A stretch of 64,000 bases of DNA from an uncultured virus (IMG/VR IMGVR_UViG_3300042934_000869). Taxonomy: Duplodnaviria > Heunggongvirae > Uroviricota > Caudoviricetes. The notes below the pieces were generated by a model. It was not told the origin of the DNA and made no database searches. It saw nothing but the letters and a program-made list of their open reading frames with translations. Both the position numbers and the translations under genes were made by a program. Numbering within the stretch: the first letter of the stretch is position 1; the number at the start of each line of letters is the position of its first letter. Positions 29,871-39,809 of this stretch are shown here, piece after piece. Location of the stretch: IMG/VR virus record IMGVR_UViG_3300042934_000869; one strand, written 5' to 3'.

Positions 29871-31286
29871 CTATTCCTCATTCTCTTTGTTTTCTTTATA
29901 AATCTTGTTATGAAGTTCTTGTGTAAAATCTTGGAGTAGTGATAGAACTTCCTGTGTACCTCTTGGTATTTTTAAATTTAGCAGTGTAGAAGCCATTGAT
30001 GAAAGTTCTGATATCCTAGATTTATTGATTTCACTATCTGATGTTTCGAGTAAACATTCATATAGATTATTAATTAATCTGTTAGCTTTCTTTAGATTTG
30101 ATTTCTCTTTATAGTATTTATCATATAAGTCTCCCATTGTTGCTTTTGGAAGCTTTTCAATAAATAACCCATTAATATCACTAATCTCATCTAGATGTAC
30201 TCTTAGGTTGTTCATAAACCAATTAACTATAACACACTCTTCACTATTTTTATAATCTTTTTCTAGATTCATCTCTAGTCTTTCTAGAGCTCCTATGAAC
30301 TTGGTATCTTTAGATATGGATATAATACATTTGTACATATTGAATCTAGCTATTTCTCTTCCTGATGGTATATATTGTTTTAGTAAAGAGAATTTAAATT
30401 TTCTAAAGAATGAATCATCTTTTAAAATGTTATAGTCTTTAATGTCTCTATTAATATGCTTAGTATATTGTATTTGTGCATTTATTATTCTTGCTATATA
30501 TGTTTCATCTATTTCTAAATTGTAGTATTCTATTGGGTATAGAAATTGATTACCTTTTCTATGATACTCTGAATGACATATAAACGAAATACCTTCATAG
30601 AAATATTCTTGAGGTGTACATTTTCTGTTGTAGAATTCTAGTGTCTTTCTACCTATAGATAATATTCTTTGACTTTTTAATAACTCTGGATTATCTTTTA
30701 AGTAGTTTTTATAGCTCATGTTTCCAAGCAATACTTTTGCATATAGTCTATCTTTTATTCTTCCGCATCTAATCATTTCTTCTATTTCATCATCTGTGTA
30801 GTTACTAACTCTTGGTTTTATATAATTTTGCTCTCTAAAGAAACTTTTTGATGGTCTTAATTCTCCCATTTGTGGTTCTATTATCTCTCCATTTGGTGCA
30901 TGATATTGAGTATCTGAGTATGGCGTCAGATGTCCAGTACATTTAATCGGTTTCCTATATCCCTGTGGTTTCGTTTCTTCTATAGTGGTGGGATTTAAAC
31001 TATCTTCATCAGAAGAGTTTGTAAGACTTTTTGCATACTGTCTTAAATCATCATCTCCAGAATTTATAAGATATTTTGGATCTTTACTAAGTTTTCTTAC
31101 CTTTCTTAAAATAAACTCTTCTTCTATATTTCTAGATTCTAATACTGGTGGTTTATACTCCGGAATTATTATTTTCATTTCTTCTTCGCTAAGATTTAGT
31201 GCAATTCTTAGAACCTCAGGGTCTGCTGTTAAAGAATCTTTTTCTAATAGAACTGACATTAATTTTCTTATATTCACTTCTGACAT
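29871..31286 (-). CDS. hypothetical protein, candidate RT partner
   Basis: 471 aa, AGGAG RBS, no recognised domain, internal LRPSKSFF. Confidence 0.75.
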   Translation of the reverse strand: MSEVNIRKLMSVLLEKDSLTADPEVLRIALNLSEEEMKIIIPEYKPPVLESRNIEEEFILRKVRKLSKDPKYLINSGDDDLRQYAKSLTNSSDEDSLNPTTIEETKPQGYRKPIKCTGHLTPYSDTQYHAPNGEIIEPQMGELRPSKSFFREQNYIKPRVSNYTDDEIEEMIRCGRIKDRLYAKVLLGNMSYKNYLKDNPELLKSQRILSIGRKTLEFYNRKCTPQEYFYEGISFICHSEYHRKGNQFLYPIEYYNLEIDETYIARIINAQIQYTKHINRDIKDYNILKDDSFFRKFKFSLLKQYIPSGREIARFNMYKCIISISKDTKFIGALERLEMNLEKDYKNSEECVIVNWFMNNLRVHLDEISDINGLFIEKLPKATMGDLYDKYYKEKSNLKKANRLINNLYECLLETSDSEINKSRISELSSMASTLLNLKIPRGTQEVLSLLQDFTQELHNKIYKENKENEE

Positions 31287-31309
31287 TTCTACTCTCCTAT
31301 TAATTTATT

Positions 31310-31440
31310 TTGGTACTGCTGTAGGTATTAAGGTGCTAACGTATATACTATCGTATACTGTTGGATCTACCTGTGGTAGATATTACAGTATTCTTTTACC
31401 TATTACAATACCTAGAAGGCACCTAACTTCATTCATTGTG
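31310..31440 (-). ncRNA. candidate structured non-coding RNA upstream of the RT locus
   Basis: 17-bp stem with a 3-nt mismatch (about 31355-31391) enclosed by complementary pairs TAGGTATT/AATACCTA and AGGTGC/GCACCT. Confidence 0.4.
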
Positions 31441-31479
31441 TTATATAATGTGCTATACACATATTGGGGTTGAAATTCT

Positions 31480-33198
31480 CTATTTTCTATACATATATTT
31501 GTAAATCATACTTATCCATATTCCACTGTTTGTACCATTTATATAAATTAAATCTTTTTTACTATCTTTGCATATTCTAACTATAGGCTGTGACGTGTGA
31601 GATATATTATCATATAGATATAAAACCATGTCCACATTATCTAAACTTAATTCTGATACTTTATCATTAATTCCATCAAACCATTCTACAGATTTAAAAT
31701 ATATCTCTAGTTCTTCTATCTTTGAACTAGTATTCTCACTACACACTAGTAAGGCTCTTTTATCTTTAAGATTCACTAGTGTAGTCTCATCTACGGTATT
31801 ATTTAAATCTATTGATACTTCATTCTCCCTTTCTAGTAAATCTATTCTTCTATTTAACTCTTCTATTCTTCTATTTGCTATTTTTAGTTCTTCTCTAGAT
31901 TCTTGAACTCCTTTATTGTAGCTATTAGTTTTTTCTTTTTCTAATCTCTTGCTATTTAACTCTGCTAATTCTTTTATAATTTTATTTAGTCTTGATATCT
32001 CTTCTTTAAATGAGTTTTCTTTATCTATACTTTTTATTATGCTTTCCTCTAAAGAGTTAATATAGTTACTTAAATCTTTTCTAAATTTCTTAGACTGTCT
32101 TTCCAGCTCGCAAAAGTTTAGATAGAGATTATATGTAGACACTAATACAGTATTTCCTTTATCTTTATAACTTTTCTTTGCCATTAGAGTAGATTTTAAT
32201 AGTATTCTTCTTTTCTCTTCTTCACTCAAATCTGACATTATAGATTCTATTGTTTGACCGTAACTACTGAAGCATAACATTTTATTATATACTAAATCTA
32301 CACATTCTATAAAACTACTATCTATTGTTTTTGGAAGATATTTTATAGTTCCTATACAACCAGTTAGACTCCTTGATAAAATATACTTATCTATGTCACC
32401 AGTTTTATTTGACAGGAACTCTTCCACTAAATTATCTATAATCTCACTGCCTAAAAAATCCTTTACTGTGTATGGAGTATATGATTTCTCTATCTCTATC
32501 TTAACTTCTTTGTCAGACATATTATTTATCTCTGTTTCAATTAGAGTTTCTTCATATGAAGAATCTCCGCTTTGCAATATTAAAAATTCTAATGTCCAAG
32601 TTGTGAAATTAGATAATGTTCCTTTAAGTATACTCAGTAGATGGCATTTCATCTCTTTATTTATATCTAGATTGTTTTCTAAATTGTTTACTATTTTAAT
32701 TACTTCTTTTAATAGTTGACTTTTTATATATTTATCTTTTAGGAGATTGAATTGTATTAAATGGCTATTTAGAGATAACTCTCCATTTATCCTTTTTACG
32801 TTTGATTTAAACCCTTCTAGAAATTTACATTCAGTTTTCTCATCTATTTCTATTTTATTTAACTCTGAACAAATCATACAGTACAGCTGTACTATTGGTA
32901 TATAATTTTTATCAAGTGGAAATTTTTCATTTCTTATTGTGTTTAAGCACTCTATTATATCAGAGCTTTTCATATTATATTTATGATCTTTGAATAAATT
33001 ATCTATCTTAATTTCATCTACTTCTTTAATCCTTAGGGAGAATAAAATCTCTAGTATAAGGAATCTTATTTTGATATCTGTATACTGTAAATTCTCTTTT
33101 GAGTTTATAGAATTTCTAAATGCATAAGGTGTTAGACTTATTATATCACTCTCTTTTTTATAGAATTTCCTATAGAGATTTATGTCTGGTAATCTCAT
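31480..33198 (-). CDS. coiled-coil protein with C-terminal DUF2325-like domain
   Basis: Long coiled coil, then LKDKRALLV...VDMVLYLYDNISH...LIYINGTN. Confidence 0.7.
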   Translation of the reverse strand: MRLPDINLYRKFYKKESDIISLTPYAFRNSINSKENLQYTDIKIRFLILEILFSLRIKEVDEIKIDNLFKDHKYNMKSSDIIECLNTIRNEKFPLDKNYIPIVQLYCMICSELNKIEIDEKTECKFLEGFKSNVKRINGELSLNSHLIQFNLLKDKYIKSQLLKEVIKIVNNLENNLDINKEMKCHLLSILKGTLSNFTTWTLEFLILQSGDSSYEETLIETEINNMSDKEVKIEIEKSYTPYTVKDFLGSEIIDNLVEEFLSNKTGDIDKYILSRSLTGCIGTIKYLPKTIDSSFIECVDLVYNKMLCFSSYGQTIESIMSDLSEEEKRRILLKSTLMAKKSYKDKGNTVLVSTYNLYLNFCELERQSKKFRKDLSNYINSLEESIIKSIDKENSFKEEISRLNKIIKELAELNSKRLEKEKTNSYNKGVQESREELKIANRRIEELNRRIDLLERENEVSIDLNNTVDETTLVNLKDKRALLVCSENTSSKIEELEIYFKSVEWFDGINDKVSELSLDNVDMVLYLYDNISHTSQPIVRICKDSKKDLIYINGTNSGIWISMIYKYMYRK

Positions 33199-33231
33199 TA
33201 TATCTACTCCTTTCTTCGTAATATTATAAAT

Positions 33232-33273
33232 ACAAAAGTAGAGAGTGTGTGGTTAGTACACTCTCTACTTTGT
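33232..33273 (-). terminator. probable intrinsic terminator
   Basis: AAAGTAGAGAGTGT...ACACTCTCTACTTT. Confidence 0.6.
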
Positions 33274-33914
33274 TATTTTTCTTCTGTTGTTTCTGTTTTT
33301 TCTTTTGTTTCTTTTGTTTTATTTCTTATGTACGAGGACATAAGTGTTAGAGCTTCTGGGTAATATATCTTACTATCTTTTTCTTCTAAGCAGTTTACAC
33401 TTACTAGAGCTATTTTTGATAATCCATTTTCTGATAAATCTGTATTTATTCGTACTGTAACAATACCGCACATTTTCTCATTTTCTTCTATTAGTTTACC
33501 ACAATATATTTCAGTAGTGTTGTGATCTCCGCATTCAAGTTCATTTATAATTTTTATATTTCTCATACTATATAGACACACTTTATCTTGATTCTTATGT
33601 GTTTTATAGATATAATTATGCTTTAAATACTCTTCGATTAAAGATTGAACTTCCGATTTATATGTTTCTTCTACAGTCACTCCTTTTATCATAACTTCTA
33701 TTTTTATGTTTTCGCTTAGTTTTATTCTAGTACCATAAAAATTTTTATGGTCTTTATCAAGTATTTCACAGCTACATGTCGCTATAAATTCTAATTTATT
33801 ATTAATTCCTAAGTCGCATCTACCGACTAGATCCACTATATTTATACCTTCAACAGTACTATAATCTTTATACCTTAAATTACACACTTGATATACTTTA
33901 TTTGCTAATTCCAT
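33273..33914 (-). CDS. hypothetical protein
   Basis: 213 aa, GGAGG RBS. Confidence 0.7.
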   Translation of the reverse strand: MELANKVYQVCNLRYKDYSTVEGINIVDLVGRCDLGINNKLEFIATCSCEILDKDHKNFYGTRIKLSENIKIEVMIKGVTVEETYKSEVQSLIEEYLKHNYIYKTHKNQDKVCLYSMRNIKIINELECGDHNTTEIYCGKLIEENEKMCGIVTVRINTDLSENGLSKIALVSVNCLEEKDSKIYYPEALTLMSSYIRNKTKETKEKTETTEEK

Positions 33915-33938
33915 TTTATTACCTCCAGTAATATTAAT

Positions 33939-34370
33939 TTAAAAGAAATCTGATTTATCAATACCAGTATCTTTTCTTATATATTCTTCTCTTTTAGTTC
34001 TCTCTTTATTTCTTACTTCGTCAAGTTCTTTCTCTAGTTGCACTTCCTTTTTAGTCTTTTTAAAGTAGTAATCTGTGTGAGTACCTACAACCTTTCCCTT
34101 GTCTTTTCTTTCAGCTACAGTATCATTTATTAATCTGTTCCCTGCTTTTATTGTGTGAGTTATTGTTGATGTGGTATATTTGATAATCGGCTTTACAATC
34201 TTAACTACATCAAGACTTGATTTCTTTTTAAACTTTCCAGAGACCATTCCTAATACTGTCACTATTACAGCGAATAATAAAAATGCCATCATAAGTATTA
34301 CTAGAGTTCCTACAGCCGCTTCTTTTAAAGAATTAAACGTAGTTTCTATATTTAATTTTACTTTATCCAT
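33939..34370 (-). CDS. membrane protein
   Basis: N-terminal TM, basic tail. Confidence 0.65.
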   Translation of the reverse strand: MDKVKLNIETTFNSLKEAAVGTLVILMMAFLLFAVIVTVLGMVSGKFKKKSSLDVVKIVKPIIKYTTSTITHTIKAGNRLINDTVAERKDKGKVVGTHTDYYFKKTKKEVQLEKELDEVRNKERTKREEYIRKDTGIDKSDFF

Positions 34371-34427
34371 ATTACCTCCTCATAAATTAACACTATGAAG
34401 TATAGATGTTACTCTATACTTCTACTA

Positions 34428-34703
34428 TTAATTTTTTCTGGTAAATGCATGTGACTCATCATCATTGCTAGGTAGTTGATTTACTACATTGACATTGACA
34501 TTGTTGTTATTAGCATTATCATTGTCACTAGCTTCTCCACTTGGTAACCCAAGTCCTTTTCTTTTCTTAATAAATCTTACTGCCAAGAATATAAGTAATC
34601 CTAATATTATAAGTTTTATTATTAGCTTCTTAAAAATAAACATGAATATTATACCTATTATTCCAAGTATAAGTCTTGTCGTTATTTTTGGTCCAAAGAA
34701 CAT
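34428..34703 (-). CDS. small membrane protein
   Basis: two TMs, Asn-rich tail ending DESHAF. Confidence 0.65.
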   Translation of the reverse strand: MFFGPKITTRLILGIIGIIFMFIFKKLIIKLIILGLLIFLAVRFIKKRKGLGLPSGEASDNDNANNNNVNVNVVNQLPSNDDESHAFTRKN

Positions 34704-34716
34704 ATGTAATCCTCCA

Positions 34717-35421
34717 TTATAAATAATTGTTTTTGATAGAGTTAAATAACTCTATTCTGTCAATCTTTTCATTATCTATAGATATATAGTTCATTCCTAA
34801 ACTAGTCATAAATCTGAATAATTCATATTTAGTATTAATAGTTTGTGTCATAGAATAATAGTTTGTATTTTTATTTATTACTAGAGCTAATACTGTTTTG
34901 TATCTTTTAGATATACTTGACTCTATTAAAATTGGATTTGAGTATTTTATATTTAGTACATAGGAGTCTCCGAAACTTTCTCCTATTATACACTTTTCCA
35001 AGCATTGACCTACTAATCCTTTGAATACTATTTCTTCTGTGAATGAACTTAACTCTATATGTATTCTATCCTCCTTTAAATTTATTTCATCTAGCTTAGC
35101 TCCATTTGGGAATATTCTATTATAAATATTTCTCCCTATTTCCCACATTCTATCATCTAGTATATCAAATATGAATTCTAAATCTATTGGGTATGTATAT
35201 TTATAGACTTCGTTAAACCTACATGCTTCTACATCACTCATACTGCACAAATGACTCTTTATTAACTCTTTATCCCTATTTAGTTGATACTCTGATATCT
35301 CAAGAATTTCTTCTATTGGATAAATTCTTGGAATATCTTTTAATGTTAAATCTTTACATAAATCATTCCAAGAATTTAAACTTACTTCTTCCTCTGTTTT
35401 AAATGCTGTACTTGTTATCAT
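34717..35421 (-). CDS. hypothetical protein
   Basis: 234 aa, N-terminal MITSTAF. Confidence 0.7.
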   Translation of the reverse strand: MITSTAFKTEEEVSLNSWNDLCKDLTLKDIPRIYPIEEILEISEYQLNRDKELIKSHLCSMSDVEACRFNEVYKYTYPIDLEFIFDILDDRMWEIGRNIYNRIFPNGAKLDEINLKEDRIHIELSSFTEEIVFKGLVGQCLEKCIIGESFGDSYVLNIKYSNPILIESSISKRYKTVLALVINKNTNYYSMTQTINTKYELFRFMTSLGMNYISIDNEKIDRIELFNSIKNNYL

Positions 35422-35468
35422 CTGCTCTCCTCCTAATTTAAATGTCTACCTACTAAGCACTTTATACT

Positions 35469-35645
35469 CTATCTAGATGACACCGCCATCGTTACCTTTT
35501 CTTTCGTAACTTTTTTAATAGAGATTTTGGAGGAGGAGTCAAGTTCTTGTTTTTGTTTCTTTAGGTTGGATAATAATACTGATACATATTTCTTATTTCC
35601 ATCTGTAAAGCAGTGTTCATCTAAGAAACTAAATTGTTCTAACAT
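35469..35645 (-). CDS. 58-aa protein beginning MLEQFSFL (not in ORF track)
   Basis: GGAGG RBS; open frame to TAG at 35469-35471. Confidence 0.5.
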   Translation of the reverse strand: MLEQFSFLDEHCFTDGNKKYVSVLLSNLKKQKQELDSSSKISIKKVTKEKVTMAVSSR

Positions 35646-35663
35646 TGTACTTCCTCCTTTATT

Positions 35664-36416
35664 TTAAAGATTATTAATTATCTCACCTACGGTGGTATTT
35701 TTATTTTCTGCTAGTTTTGTTTCTATGTCTCTTATATTTAATAAAATTTTTCTACAAGTCTCTACATCTAAACTAAAGAACACTCCCTTGCCAATTAGTC
35801 TTATTGAAGTCTTAAAATTGTTAAATAGTTTAGAATCATATTTTAGATTTGATGCAATATCTAACATGTGTTCTCTTTGCTGTTTTGTTTTTAATTCATT
35901 GTATAATTTAGACCATTCAACTATACCTAATACAGATGGTATTCCATTAGATGTTTCTATATCTTTTATAAAATCTATGAATACATTTGAAGTTATAGTT
36001 GTTATATTTAACTCATCTATTTCTTGTATTAAATCATCTATAATCTCTATATCATATATTCTATAGCAGTAAGGAAATTTGAAGAATATAATAATACTAG
36101 GGTCTAATAATTTTATAGCATCTTTTACTTTTGTATAAGGCTTTGTGTCGTATTTCTTTTTTAGTATATTCTCTTTATTTAATTTAAAGAACTCTTCTGT
36201 ATCTTTTATTAACTCATCTTTATTCTCTATAAGATAGAATAAATCCTCAATTTGATTTCTTCTAAAGTCGAACTGCCCAAATACATTTAAATTAAGTAGC
36301 CCACATACTGAGTCTATTCTTAATAATATCTTGTCTTGGTCTAAACTTAAATCAAGACTTATTCCTAATCTCTCTAATAGCTTTGTTCCATATTTTATAT
36401 ATCCTTCATTATACAT
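35664..36416 (-). CDS. hypothetical protein
   Basis: 250-aa ORF. Confidence 0.7.
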   Translation of the reverse strand: MYNEGYIKYGTKLLERLGISLDLSLDQDKILLRIDSVCGLLNLNVFGQFDFRRNQIEDLFYLIENKDELIKDTEEFFKLNKENILKKKYDTKPYTKVKDAIKLLDPSIIIFFKFPYCYRIYDIEIIDDLIQEIDELNITTITSNVFIDFIKDIETSNGIPSVLGIVEWSKLYNELKTKQQREHMLDIASNLKYDSKLFNNFKTSIRLIGKGVFFSLDVETCRKILLNIRDIETKLAENKNTTVGEIINNL

Positions 36417-36419
36417 TTA

Positions 36420-36809
36420 CTACCATCTTCCTCTCAAATCTTCTAATGAGACTCCCAGTGAAAAGGCTATATTATTTAGTTGAAGTTTACTAATTTGGTC
36501 TATAGTATTTGAGCATAGCTTCTTGTATAGATTGTTAGATATAAGATTAGATTTGCAAAACTCATTTACATCACTTGCTTTATGTAACACTACTTCTTCT
36601 ATTTTATTTATGAATCTTCTTACTTCTATAGTGTCATTATCTATTTTGTAAAGAAAGAAACCCTCATTTACTATAGCATACTCTATATCTTCTATATCTG
36701 TTGTTGTAATAGAGTCTTCTATTTGTACTAACTTATATTTTCTTTCGGGGTTTAGTTCCAGAAACTCTATAGCCTTTTCTATTTTCTTTTTTGAAATTTC
36801 ATTTATCAT
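36420..36809 (-). CDS. protein with C-terminal XRE-like HTH
   Basis: FCKSNLISNNLYKKL...LNNIAFSLGVSLEDL. Confidence 0.65.
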   Translation of the reverse strand: MINEISKKKIEKAIEFLELNPERKYKLVQIEDSITTTDIEDIEYAIVNEGFFLYKIDNDTIEVRRFINKIEEVVLHKASDVNEFCKSNLISNNLYKKLCSNTIDQISKLQLNNIAFSLGVSLEDLRGRW

Positions 36810-36835
36810 ATCTTTTGTTTCTCCTTATGTAAGCT

Positions 36836-37417
36836 TTAAAATTGTATCTTTAGTTTTCCTTTTCTTGATATGAATGGTAATCTTGGTTCAAAGAATCTAA
36901 TACCTTCTCCATCAGCTAATATGTGTGCTACTAGATATCCTAATGAGAATGATATAAATAACTTAGAACTCAATAACATGAATGCACATAATAGGAATAC
37001 TGAAGTTCCTATTACTCTATGTGTGTACCCTCTATGAGGACTTAATTTACCTAAAATTATATTGATCATAAATATGCTGATAAATATATTTTGTTTAGCC
37101 CAACTGTAACTTTCTGTTCTTATAGGTTGTAATAAAGCTGGTTTGAACCACGAAACTAGTCCAAATAATACTAGCAGTACTGTTACTGCTCTACTGAAAT
37201 TTTGTGAAGCTATCGAAGCTTTGGAATCTATATCTGGCAATAATGCTGACAGTCCTGATACAACTGTTGTAGATATTACAGTGTTTATTATTGGTTTCAT
37301 TGATTTTATTGACTCTATATTTATAGAGTTAATTGATTTTATTTCAGGCAAACTAAATACTATACCTGCCCCTAATCCTAGAATTATTCCTATCGATAAA
37401 TGCTGTTTACCAGTCAT
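36836..37417 (-). CDS. membrane metal-dependent hydrolase (YdjM/DUF457-like)
   Basis: MTGKQH, LLPDID, HRGYTH, HILAD plus TM helices. Confidence 0.85.
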   Translation of the reverse strand: MTGKQHLSIGIILGLGAGIVFSLPEIKSINSINIESIKSMKPIINTVISTTVVSGLSALLPDIDSKASIASQNFSRAVTVLLVLFGLVSWFKPALLQPIRTESYSWAKQNIFISIFMINIILGKLSPHRGYTHRVIGTSVFLLCAFMLLSSKLFISFSLGYLVAHILADGEGIRFFEPRLPFISRKGKLKIQF

Positions 37418-37431
37418 TCTATATTCCTCCT

Positions 37432-39063
37432 TTAATCTTCTTCTAGAAGACTCATCTCTATATCTTCTCCAAATTCATCTTCATTGTATCCATCTATTTG
37501 ATTAGTGATTTTATCTAGTGCTGACTCTCTTCCTATCTCTTCATTGGTCATCTGTAATTCCTTATTATATTCGTAATAAGCTATATTAGGTTTTACACTT
37601 AGAATTATATGATTTCTTGGAGCTGATTTATCTCTCCTTTTAAATATTTGTACTCCTAATAAATTCTGTTTCTCCATTAGGTCTGTTTTATATATTATAA
37701 ATAATTCATCAGTTTCTTTTTCAAATATTGCTGTATCTCTAGTAACACCATCCCTTACAACTTTACCGTGTCTTACTAAATCGTCTGAGCCTGTAGTTGA
37801 TAGATGAGATAACTCTATTACACTTACTGGATATTTCTTTTTGAAATCTCTTATTTGCAAAGTGGCTTCATCTATTTTCTCTTTCATTGATCTTAATCTT
37901 GAATTGGGAAGTGATTCTAAAGCCGCTGAATGGTCTATAAACACTACATCAAATTTTAATTTTTCATAATCATTTATTAACTCTTGTTTTGCATTCTCAT
38001 AGTGGTATGAATCTCTTATTGTGAGTAATCCAAGATTGGTTAATTCTATTGATGCTATATTTACTAACTTTCTTTGCTCTTCAGTTATTTCTTCCATACC
38101 TGACATCTGGGCACTTGATACATATTTCCCTGTTGTTCTATATATGTAATTAGACCGTATCATATTATATATTTTATTTTTAGCAAATTCTCCACACATA
38201 TAAACTACTTTCTTTTTTTCAGATAGTAATTTACCAGCGTAATTACATGACAATAAAGTCTTACCTGCTCCAGGATTTCCTGCTATAACTACATATCTGT
38301 AAGCCAGTACTGGAGTTATATCATCTAATTCTGGTATTCCCCAGTTGCTAATAACTGTACTCTGCTTACTACTTTCTCTATCAAGTTTTATTGATTTAGA
38401 TATGTCGTCTAATATAAGAAGATTCTCATCTTCTCCAAATCTTAATCTTTCATCTATTTCCATGTTTAATTCTTTTGTGTAATTAATAACTCCTTGGTAT
38501 CCGTTGTATCTTTTTCTTCCTATCCATATAGGACTGTTTAACATTTCTGCTTGAGTTTTTATACTTTCTGCTGTTACATTAGCTTTAAATGCTTCAACTA
38601 ATCTTAATTGCAACATTGGTAATTCTTTACCACTTATTCCTAGCTCCATGCAGTCGTCATATAATGTTATTGCTTCATTATATATTGTTACCATTGCATG
38701 CTCAAATTGTTCAGGAATCTTTAGATTACATTCTCCACTAACTACCCTCATCCAATCTTCTACTTGTCTGGAATTTTCAGTTATGAAACTCTCTAGGCTT
38801 GAGGTTAGTATCTCTTCTAGTCTTTCTCTTGTTAGTCTTGGTGAATAATTTTCTATAGGTATTTTTATTTTATTTAAGTCGTTGAATATTTTTACTATTA
38901 TAGAGTACTCTACTGGCAACTCTTCTACCTTTATAAGACTCTGAAGTGAATCCAGTATATCGCTAAATAATACGTACTCATAATTATCATGTGGTAACAT
39001 ACAACTAATCATATTACGAATTGCAGATGTAAGTTCCTCATCAGTAAAATCAAATTTTAGCAT
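37432..39063 (-). CDS. DnaB-like (SF4) replicative helicase
   Basis: Walker A AGNPGAGKT, YMCGE, VFIDH, LSHL, KRR; start at MLKFDF after GGAGG. Confidence 0.8.
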   Translation of the reverse strand: MLKFDFTDEELTSAIRNMISCMLPHDNYEYVLFSDILDSLQSLIKVEELPVEYSIIVKIFNDLNKIKIPIENYSPRLTRERLEEILTSSLESFITENSRQVEDWMRVVSGECNLKIPEQFEHAMVTIYNEAITLYDDCMELGISGKELPMLQLRLVEAFKANVTAESIKTQAEMLNSPIWIGRKRYNGYQGVINYTKELNMEIDERLRFGEDENLLILDDISKSIKLDRESSKQSTVISNWGIPELDDITPVLAYRYVVIAGNPGAGKTLLSCNYAGKLLSEKKKVVYMCGEFAKNKIYNMIRSNYIYRTTGKYVSSAQMSGMEEITEEQRKLVNIASIELTNLGLLTIRDSYHYENAKQELINDYEKLKFDVVFIDHSAALESLPNSRLRSMKEKIDEATLQIRDFKKKYPVSVIELSHLSTTGSDDLVRHGKVVRDGVTRDTAIFEKETDELFIIYKTDLMEKQNLLGVQIFKRRDKSAPRNHIILSVKPNIAYYEYNKELQMTNEEIGRESALDKITNQIDGYNEDEFGEDIEMSLLEED

Positions 39064-39126
39064 TATCACACCTCCATGTTTATCTACTATATTATAAATA
39101 TTATTTAACACATAGTAGGGATGAAT

Positions 39127-39456
39127 TTAATTGGGAATTTCTACTATCTTTACGAAATTATACTTATCATTGCTGGTTACTATAAGTAATGTTTTATCAA
39201 CTTCTTCTTTTAGTTCTATAGAATATTTTAAGCTTTTATTATTTTCTATTTTTATTATTTCTGATATTTTATTTTTATCTTTTTTGTCTATCTCTTTTAT
39301 TACAGAAGCTAAGTAATGTTCTAACTCTCGCTCTCTTTGTAGTTTAGGGTCTGCATATCTAGTTACTATTTTAATTGATATAAGTCCTAGGGAGAATGAA
39401 AGTATGATTATGAAAATAGACCTAATAGGATGTCTATTAGGTCTTATTCTTCTCAT
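39127..39456 (-). CDS. small membrane-anchored protein
   Basis: N-terminal TM. Confidence 0.6.
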   Translation of the reverse strand: MRRIRPNRHPIRSIFIIILSFSLGLISIKIVTRYADPKLQRERELEHYLASVIKEIDKKDKNKISEIIKIENNKSLKYSIELKEEVDKTLLIVTSNDKYNFVKIVEIPN

Positions 39457-39809
39457 TTAACTCCTAGGTAGTCTTTGAAATAGTAGTATGTTTTTCCATA
39501 AGATAATTTCTTTACTTTTATATTCATATAATAAGTGGAATTATCTATTAAGGTGTATTCTATTTCTGCCCTAGGAAATTCTTTTCTGAGATCTCTAGTT
39601 TTTACTTCTAGTTCGAATTGATTAGTAACATAGAGGTTATCTACTCTCTCTGTCACCTCAGCAAGTGTGGTTTTATCCAAATTTTTATAATATGAATATT
39701 GTTTTACTGAATAAAATATCGTACCACTAAGTATAATTATACTTAAAACAAATATTAGATTTGACATTAAACCACTTCGTGGCTCGTAATTATATTCTTC
39801 CAAATGAAC
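39453..39809 (-). CDS. small membrane-anchored protein
   Basis: N-terminal TM; start uncertain. Confidence 0.5.
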   Translation of the reverse strand, partial: VHLEEYNYEPRSGLMSNLIFVLSIIILSGTIFYSVKQYSYYKNLDKTTLAEVTERVDNLYVTNQFELEVKTRDLRKEFPRAEIEYTLIDNSTYYMNIKVKKLSYGKTYYYFKDYLGVK

